Source: a virus. From it: 37,256 nt of DNA. The DNA lies in IMG/VR virus record IMGVR_UViG_3300023223_000105, positions 1 through 37,256 of that record, one strand, 5' to 3'. Made by a program: the position numbers and the translations under genes. The notes under the pieces were generated by a model that worked only from the letters and a program-made list of their open reading frames with translations, made no database searches and was not told where the DNA came from. Shown here piece after piece: positions 32,809 to 36,993 of this stretch (the first letter of the stretch is position 1; every line of letters begins with the position of its first letter).

Positions 32809-32949
32809 AAATTCAGCAACCGCTTTAGCCTTCTCGATTGAAAGCTTTGTTACATTTCTATCAATCTCTTCCCCCTTGCTATCAAGAAAGATGCCAGTAA
32901 TCCTAACTATCTCATCATCACCTACTGAACACTCGTATTTTATTTTCAT
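32782..32949 (-). CDS. Small protein, 55 aa (not in the track), ending in the same FINQLQKGE tail as the pentapeptide protein.
   Basis: My translation is MKIKYECSVGDDEIVRITGIFLDSKGEEIDRNVTKLSIEKAKAVAEFINQLQKGE. AAGGAAAAGCC lies upstream of the ATG. Confidence 0.5.
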   Translation of the reverse strand: MKIKYECSVGDDEIVRITGIFLDSKGEEIDRNVTKLSIEKAKAVAEFINQLQKGE

Positions 32950-33000
32950 GGCTTTTCCTTACTAAGTTGGTTGATATATGCTTTTACCTTGGTAATCCAG

Positions 33001-33168
33001 TCAGGCCTTAGCCATTACCCGTAATGCCATTAATACACTTTCGGGTATCGGGTGTTCACCTTTAGACCACCTTCCAACCGTCCTGCGGTTGACCTTGAAG
33101 GTTCTGGCTAGCTTTGATTGCCAGCCGTCACCAAATACTTCTTGCCCTAGTTGGTTAAATTCTTTCAT
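33001..33168 (-). CDS. Small HTH DNA-binding protein, 55 aa.
   Basis: GWQSKLARTFKVNRRTVGRWSKGEHPIP is HTH-like. ATG 33168 lies 2 nt after the upstream stop (track start 33186). Confidence 0.6.
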   Translation of the reverse strand: MKEFNQLGQEVFGDGWQSKLARTFKVNRRTVGRWSKGEHPIPESVLMALRVMAKA

Positions 33169-33170
33169 TA

Positions 33171-33428
33171 TTATGTTACAGCCCATAATTGAGTTTTCTT
33201 ACCCGTCACTTCCTCGTATTGATTGCGCCAATCAATAGCGTCAGCAACACACTCGCCTTTATTGTCATATAAATGATTAGGAACGTCACCAGACGGGGAT
33301 CCAGGTAAAAGAGAGGCAATGTAACCACCATGAAAATCATTATAAGTTACATGAATCACCGCTTCAAAACCGTTGCGCTCAGCGGCGTTAAGTACATCAA
33401 CTGCGGTGTGTTTATTTTCTTTAGACAT
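33171..33428 (-). CDS. Hypothetical acidic protein, 85 aa.
   Basis: Track ORF with AAAGGAG SD. About 12 acidic vs 7 basic residues. Confidence 0.65.
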   Translation of the reverse strand: MSKENKHTAVDVLNAAERNGFEAVIHVTYNDFHGGYIASLLPGSPSGDVPNHLYDNKGECVADAIDWRNQYEEVTGKKTQLWAVT

Positions 33429-33463
33429 AATCGAACTCCTTTCCGATACTTTGCAGCAAATGC

Positions 33464-33607
33464 CTAGTGCCTTTGCCTGATACCTTTATATACTGGGTGG
33501 GACATTGTGTCAAGGGCTTCTTTCACTTTTCTGCAAATAAACCTCATACCCACATAAGCCCATATAAGCAGCGTACAGGTGAAGAGGATTACTGGTAGGG
33601 CGTGCAT
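33464..33607 (-). CDS. Small membrane protein, 47 aa.
   Basis: Track ORF 33464..33667. ATG 33607 (MHALPVILFTCTLLIWAYVG..) lies in junction repeat J1 after AAAGGAG. Confidence 0.55.
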   Translation of the reverse strand: MHALPVILFTCTLLIWAYVGMRFICRKVKEALDTMSHPVYKGIRQRH

Positions 33608-33622
33608 CGTAATTACTCCTTT
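33605..33622 (-). repeat. Junction repeat J1, copy a (catcgtaattactccttt).
   Basis: 18/18 identical to the start of copies b and c. The coding strand reads AAAGGAGTAATTACGATG, with the upstream stop TAA inside the SD-start spacer. Weaker similarity extends about 30 nt further. Confidence 0.85.
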
Positions 33623-33831
33623 CGTTTCTCTAAGGTGGGTTTCTGCTCGATTACGGATGTAGTCCACCCTATTTTTAAAACCTGTGCATAAGGCTGGTTA
33701 TTTTCCGCATAATCTATCGCCTCTTGCTTGTCTACGAAAACAGGCATCACCCCATACAGTCCATCGGTTGATAAATCGACCATCCCCGCGTTTGTTGTCA
33801 ATCTCGTCCACATCCGTGTTACTAAGTACAT
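33613..33831 (-). CDS. Hypothetical protein, 72 aa.
   Basis: Track ORF. Its start lies in J1 copy b and its stop in J1 copy a. Confidence 0.6.
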   Translation of the reverse strand: MYLVTRMWTRLTTNAGMVDLSTDGLYGVMPVFVDKQEAIDYAENNQPYAQVLKIGWTTSVIEQKPTLEKRKE

Positions 33832-33994
33832 CGTAATTACTCCTTTGGTTGCTTAGGGGGCTTTCTGTTCGATTAAACCTAGGCTCAAGCGCGAATGGAC
33901 TCTCCTCAAGCTCACGAATCCGCTCCTTATGCCACGCTATTAACTCATTTCTTTCCTGGGTATCTAGTTCGTCTTTATCTGCGGTCCACTTCAT
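33698..33994 (-). CDS. Hypothetical protein, 98 aa as read. The last ~44 codons overlap the next gene out of frame, so the stop may have been lost.
   Basis: Track ORF. It starts in J1 copy c and reads through J1 copy b in a frame that misses the TAA used by the paralogous junctions. Confidence 0.45.
   Translation of the reverse strand: MKWTADKDELDTQERNELIAWHKERIRELEESPFALEPRFNRTESPLSNQRSNYDVLSNTDVDEIDNKRGDGRFINRWTVWGDACFRRQARGDRLCGK
33829..33861 (-). repeat. Junction repeat J1, copy b (catcgtaattactcctttggttgcttagggggc).
   Basis: 33/33 identical to 33992-34024. Confidence 0.9.
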
Positions 33995-34024
33995 CGTAAT
34001 TACTCCTTTGGTTGCTTAGGGGGC
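33992..34024 (-). repeat. Junction repeat J1, copy c.
   Basis: 33/33 identical to 33829-33861. Confidence 0.9.
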
Positions 34025-34161
34025 GTCCCTGTGGGTTTGGTGGTGGGTTTCTCCTCCTCCTCGACAGTCGCATCAATGAAAGTTACGCCCTGCGATTCAA
34101 AGAACTTCATAAACGCATTGGTTCTTGCGTCTAATTTTGATTTATCAATTGGTTTAGGCAT
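34000..34161 (-). CDS. Small protein, 53 aa (not in the track).
   Basis: My translation is MPKPIDKSKLDARTNAFMKFFESQGVTFIDATVEEEEKPTTKPTGTPPKQPKE. AGGAGAACGACC lies upstream, and the stop is the TAA inside J1 copy c. Confidence 0.5.
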   Translation of the reverse strand: MPKPIDKSKLDARTNAFMKFFESQGVTFIDATVEEEEKPTTKPTGTPPKQPKE

Positions 34162-34180
34162 GGTCGTTCTCCTGGTTACA

Positions 34181-34202
34181 GTCTCAAGTCGTAAGTTATC
34201 GC
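34181..34202 (-). repeat. Intergenic repeat J4, copy a (gtctcaagtcgtaagttatcgc).
   Basis: 22/22 identical to 34408-34429. It lies 20 nt upstream of a start codon, and the flanks are also similar. Confidence 0.9.
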
Positions 34203-34205
34203 CGC

Positions 34206-34388
34206 TCAGCCTCCCGCCTTCGAATCCTCCATTGCTTCCTTTAAAATATCCAGTTTGGCTATTTCTAGCACCCCCACTATTCCCGACACTGGCAAGCCCT
34301 CCCCTCTGTCGTATAGTAAATCTTTTATAGCATCCACTAGGGTTTCAAAACGTTGGTCACATTCATGTAATTGAGCTACTTTATTCAT
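34206..34388 (-). CDS. Hypothetical protein, 60 aa.
   Basis: Track ORF with AAGGAGACGATT upstream of the ATG. Confidence 0.6.
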   Translation of the reverse strand: MNKVAQLHECDQRFETLVDAIKDLLYDRGEGLPVSGIVGVLEIAKLDILKEAMEDSKAGG

Positions 34389-34407
34389 AATCGTCTCCTT
34401 GGGTTAG

Positions 34408-34429
34408 GTCTCAAGTCGTAAGTTATCGC
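34408..34429 (-). repeat. Intergenic repeat J4, copy b.
   Basis: 22/22 identical to 34181-34202. It lies 19 nt upstream of the start codon at 34388. Confidence 0.9.
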
Positions 34430-34442
34430 TATGCACGTCATG

Positions 34443-34646
34443 CTAATTAATCCAGCCTCGTGCGTTTCGTTTTCGGTATTTATCCCAATGTGGGAGTTTA
34501 GCCTTTTTGGAATCTTTCTTGTCAACGAAAGGGGATTCAATAAGCCACGGCTTGTGCCAAGTCGCACGGCATGGGTACGCATATGTGTCCAAACAAGTGC
34601 AGTCCCATTCCTCAGTCCCAGTACCGGTGCCTTTAATTAGAGTCAT
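34443..34646 (-). CDS. Hypothetical Trp/Cys-containing protein, 67 aa.
   Basis: Track ORF. The competing ORF 34385..34582 looks like a shadow. Confidence 0.6.
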   Translation of the reverse strand: MTLIKGTGTGTEEWDCTCLDTYAYPCRATWHKPWLIESPFVDKKDSKKAKLPHWDKYRKRNARGWIN

Positions 34647-34664
34647 TATTAATCAATCCAGTAT
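34646..34664 (-). repeat. Junction repeat J5, copy a (ttattaatcaatccagtat).
   Basis: 19/19 identical to 34986-35004. Here it is noncoding and sits directly upstream of the ATG at 34646. Confidence 0.9.
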
Positions 34665-34710
34665 CTTTTCAAGTTGTAGTGAGGGGCTATGCACGTAGTG
34701 ATATTGTTAC

Positions 34711-34965
34711 TCAAGGCGTTTGTTCCGCTTCTTCTGGCGTTTCCGCCGCTGTATCTTCTTCATCAGGGCTATTTGCCAGTAGTAAATCCCATCCATCACT
34801 GTAAGCTTTGTCTATCACTTCCTGATTTTCGGCGTTTATCTTTTGGTACTCATCCTCCCCACCTTCGATTGCATCAGCGTTAAAATCTCCCGTATACTTC
34901 TGGTTAGCTAAACATGCCAGCAAGTGTTCCAAGAAATTCTCTTCAATTGTTATTGTTTTGGTCAT
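34711..34965 (-). CDS. Hypothetical acidic protein, 84 aa.
   Basis: Track ORF with ACGGAGAATTATT upstream of the ATG. Confidence 0.65.
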   Translation of the reverse strand: MTKTITIEENFLEHLLACLANQKYTGDFNADAIEGGEDEYQKINAENQEVIDKAYSDGWDLLLANSPDEEDTAAETPEEAEQTP

Positions 34966-34985
34966 AATAATTCTCCGTTTAGTTG

Positions 34986-35004
34986 TTATTAATCAATCCA
35001 GTAT
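34986..35004 (-). repeat. Junction repeat J5, copy b.
   Basis: 19/19 identical to 34646-34664. Here it encodes the C-terminal YWID-stop of the upstream gene. Confidence 0.9.
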
Positions 35005-35543
35005 TTGGCGTTATCCCCATCAGCCTGCCTTATTGCATCCTCAATTAGCAGCCGTTCATCCGGTGAGGTTGTGGTCTTGGCAGCAACAAAGTCTTCCACG
35101 TATTGATCCTCTGCCCTGGTAGTAAATACATTCTCACGTTTCTTGCGCTTGATTTCCAGAAACGTTACTTTGCACCACTCTATCGGTTCAACTGGTGGCT
35201 CTATGATTTTCACAATATCCGCTGGCTTTGGCATCACTGTCTTGGTTTCCATGTAAGTCCTGAATGCAGACTCAACGTCCTCAATCGTGAACCTGCCAAG
35301 CACTAGCTGAAAAGCCCCCTCCAGATTCTTTAGCTGCTCCGGCTCCTTCCCGTATGTATCCAGCGTGTCAAAGCATATTAGCAGGAGTGACATCAATCGG
35401 GACTTGTGGCTCTCGTTCTGGTTTATCGAGTCCGAGTGCGATTCTGGCTCTTTGGTGTTTGCTGAGTTTTCCTCCTCCTTGGGTTTTCGGTTGGCATCGA
35501 TCCCAGTCAAAAGCGTTTTTGTATGCTGCGATAAAGTTTTCAT
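34989..35543 (-). CDS. Possible replisome-organiser / helicase-loader-like protein; start unresolved (GTG 35579, ATG 35543 or ATG 35393).
   Basis: Track ORF 34989..35579. The C-terminal two thirds look globular (RFTIEDVESAFRTYMETKTVMPKPADIVKII). The N-terminal ~60 codons are low-complexity and overlap the DUF1376 gene. Confidence 0.55.
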   Translation of the reverse strand: MKTLSQHTKTLLTGIDANRKPKEEENSANTKEPESHSDSINQNESHKSRLMSLLLICFDTLDTYGKEPEQLKNLEGAFQLVLGRFTIEDVESAFRTYMETKTVMPKPADIVKIIEPPVEPIEWCKVTFLEIKRKKRENVFTTRAEDQYVEDFVAAKTTTSPDERLLIEDAIRQADGDNAKYWID

Positions 35544-36204
35544 ATCTTGGCTTTCCTCCTTCTTTGGTTTTAGATTCACAATAGTTCTTAAAAGTTTCTA
35601 TTATGGCCTGCTCGTCATGGTGGAGATACTTTCCCTCAATACGTTTTTTGGCCAACCACTCCTGGACGTGATTTACTGACAACTCTTCTAAGGTAACTTG
35701 CTTCTTTTTTACCAAAGGTTTTTTTCTTTTAGGAGTAGGAGTAGGAGTAGGAGTAGGGGAGGCATCGCCCCGGCTATGCCCGGCGGATGCCGTTGCATGA
35801 GCTGAATCCTTAGTTTTCAACCACCTAGCCTTTGCTTTACGACTCTGGTTTTGTGATAGTAACTTCACTGCCGTGAGTTCGTCTTTTAATCTTAGCTGCA
35901 CCCATGTGGAATCCTGAACCAAAAAGAACGGCTCAATAATCGGTCGCATTCTCTTCCAGTGATTCAATCTAAGCTTGCTATATCTGGCCAGCATAATGTC
36001 ATCATCAGGCAAGGCTCCGTCCTTGGATCGCCACGCAACTATTAGCAAAAGCAGATACGCACCATGCTCTATAGTGGTAAGGTGTGTGGTGTCGCCTAAA
36101 TAAGCGTCAGTCCACAAGGGAAAAGCTGGAAATTGTGCCACGACTACCTCAACGTCAAAGGTTACGTCTTTTGTACAAGCGGGGGGAGACGTTGATCCCC
36201 CCAT
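35368..36204 (-). CDS. DUF1376 (YdaU-like) replication-associated protein with a (PT)n linker and C-terminal domain, 278 aa.
   Basis: FPLWTDAYLGDTTHLTTIEHGAYLLLLIVAWRSKDGALPDDDIMLARYSKL..W is the DUF1376 signature. The start is uncertain (ATG 36204 has no SD; GTG 36141 follows GAGG). Confidence 0.75.
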   Translation of the reverse strand: MGGSTSPPACTKDVTFDVEVVVAQFPAFPLWTDAYLGDTTHLTTIEHGAYLLLLIVAWRSKDGALPDDDIMLARYSKLRLNHWKRMRPIIEPFFLVQDSTWVQLRLKDELTAVKLLSQNQSRKAKARWLKTKDSAHATASAGHSRGDASPTPTPTPTPKRKKPLVKKKQVTLEELSVNHVQEWLAKKRIEGKYLHHDEQAIIETFKNYCESKTKEGGKPRYENFIAAYKNAFDWDRCQPKTQGGGKLSKHQRARIALGLDKPEREPQVPIDVTPANML

Positions 36205-36273
36205 GTGTCACCCGGAAGCAAACCCGGATCAAGCCATTGGTAATATACTCCCCTTATCTCAGGGTTACAAGAT

Positions 36274-36639
36274 TTATTCACTCGCCAATGTGGCGACTAG
36301 TTTATTGACTGCGGTCTGGTGCTCTGGGTTCTTTATCCGCAGGAAGTTACGGGACAACTCGATACACATTCGTAGGTGTTGGGTGGGTAGCGGTTGGTGG
36401 CCATCTTCCATACCTTCAAAGAAGAAAGACGTAGGCACTTTTAACGCCTTAGCAGCAAGGTGTAGCCTGCTAGACGCTATGCGGTCACGGCCTTGTTCGT
36501 ACTTTCGTATCTGTTGGTGGGTCACCCCGATTGCTGTTGCAAGCTGTTGGCTGGACAGCCCACTTGAAACACGCAATTCATTCATCTTCGTACCAATAAT
36601 TTTATCAAGCCTTTGTGTCTCTTCGTTTCCACGTCTCAT
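36274..36639 (-). CDS. XRE-family HTH transcriptional regulator, 121 aa.
   Basis: LRVSSGLSSQQLATAIGVTHQQIRKYEQGRDRIASSRL is a classic XRE HTH. ATG 36639 lies 9 nt after GGAG (track start is GTG 36642). Confidence 0.8.
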   Translation of the reverse strand: MRRGNEETQRLDKIIGTKMNELRVSSGLSSQQLATAIGVTHQQIRKYEQGRDRIASSRLHLAAKALKVPTSFFFEGMEDGHQPLPTQHLRMCIELSRNFLRIKNPEHQTAVNKLVATLASE

Positions 36640-36668
36640 CACATTAACTCCTATAGGTTGAAAACTCT

Positions 36669-36697
36669 ATAGTACCAAACAACTACACCAGTGTCAA
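36669..36697 (-). promoter_or_regulatory. Sigma70-type promoter TTGACA-17 nt-TACTAT driving the XRE gene.
   Basis: Minus strand reads TTGACA(36697-36692) CTGGTGTAGTTGTTTGG TACTAT(36674-36669), about 30 nt upstream of the start codon. Confidence 0.6.
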
Positions 36698-36708
36698 CTA
36701 CTAGTTGA
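36694..36708. promoter_or_regulatory. Candidate operator: palindrome TCAACTA-C-TAGTTGA overlapping the -35 box, plus an extra half-site CAACTAC at 36680-36686.
   Basis: Read directly; 7-bp perfect arms. Confidence 0.45.
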
Positions 36709-36757
36709 AGATAAACTTTAGGTTGTGTATAAAGCGGGGGATAAATGGGTGTATAAA

Positions 36758-36783
36758 CCATATTGCCGACGTCGGCAATATGG
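36758..36783 (-). terminator. 26-bp perfect palindrome CCATATTGCCGACGTCGGCAATATGG. Likely the intrinsic terminator of the leftward operon; alternatively a protein-binding site.
   Basis: On the minus-strand transcript the hairpin is followed by UUUAUA. It lies between the end of the wrapped ORF (36994) and the XRE promoter (36697). Confidence 0.5.
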
Positions 36784-36993
36784 TGCAGGAATGTGACAGG
36801 TTTTAATTAGGGCGAATTCGCCACAATTAGAAATAGTAAGTTTATGGGGTTATAGCGGAATGTTGCTATAACTAGAATGGTGGCCTCACTTCCGTCTTCC
36901 GTCATCCTCGCTTGGAGATGCAGTTGTCGGTAACAAGGCCATAAAGGCAACTGTTCCAATTATTCGAGTAGTTCGAATTTATCGAATAACTCC

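Noticed and set aside
33001-33428. The 85-aa plus HTH pair as a type II toxin-antitoxin module (HigBA/HicAB-like).
   Set aside because: The 85-aa protein is acidic and lacks the basic RelE/HigB/HicA-type catalytic residues I would expect. Only the gene order fits.
34181-34429. The J4 motif ..ACTTACGACTTGAGAC.. resembles the TACGACT core of T7-type single-subunit RNA polymerase promoters.
   Set aside because: There is no phage RNA polymerase gene (no ORF of suitable size or motifs), and similarity is limited to about 7 nt. It is treated as an unexplained repeat instead.
34385-34582. 65-aa ORF overlapping the 67-aa gene on the same strand.
   Set aside because: It is largely contained within the better-formed 34443..34646 ORF in another frame. 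It is Arg/Leu/Pro-rich, and its start has no SD.
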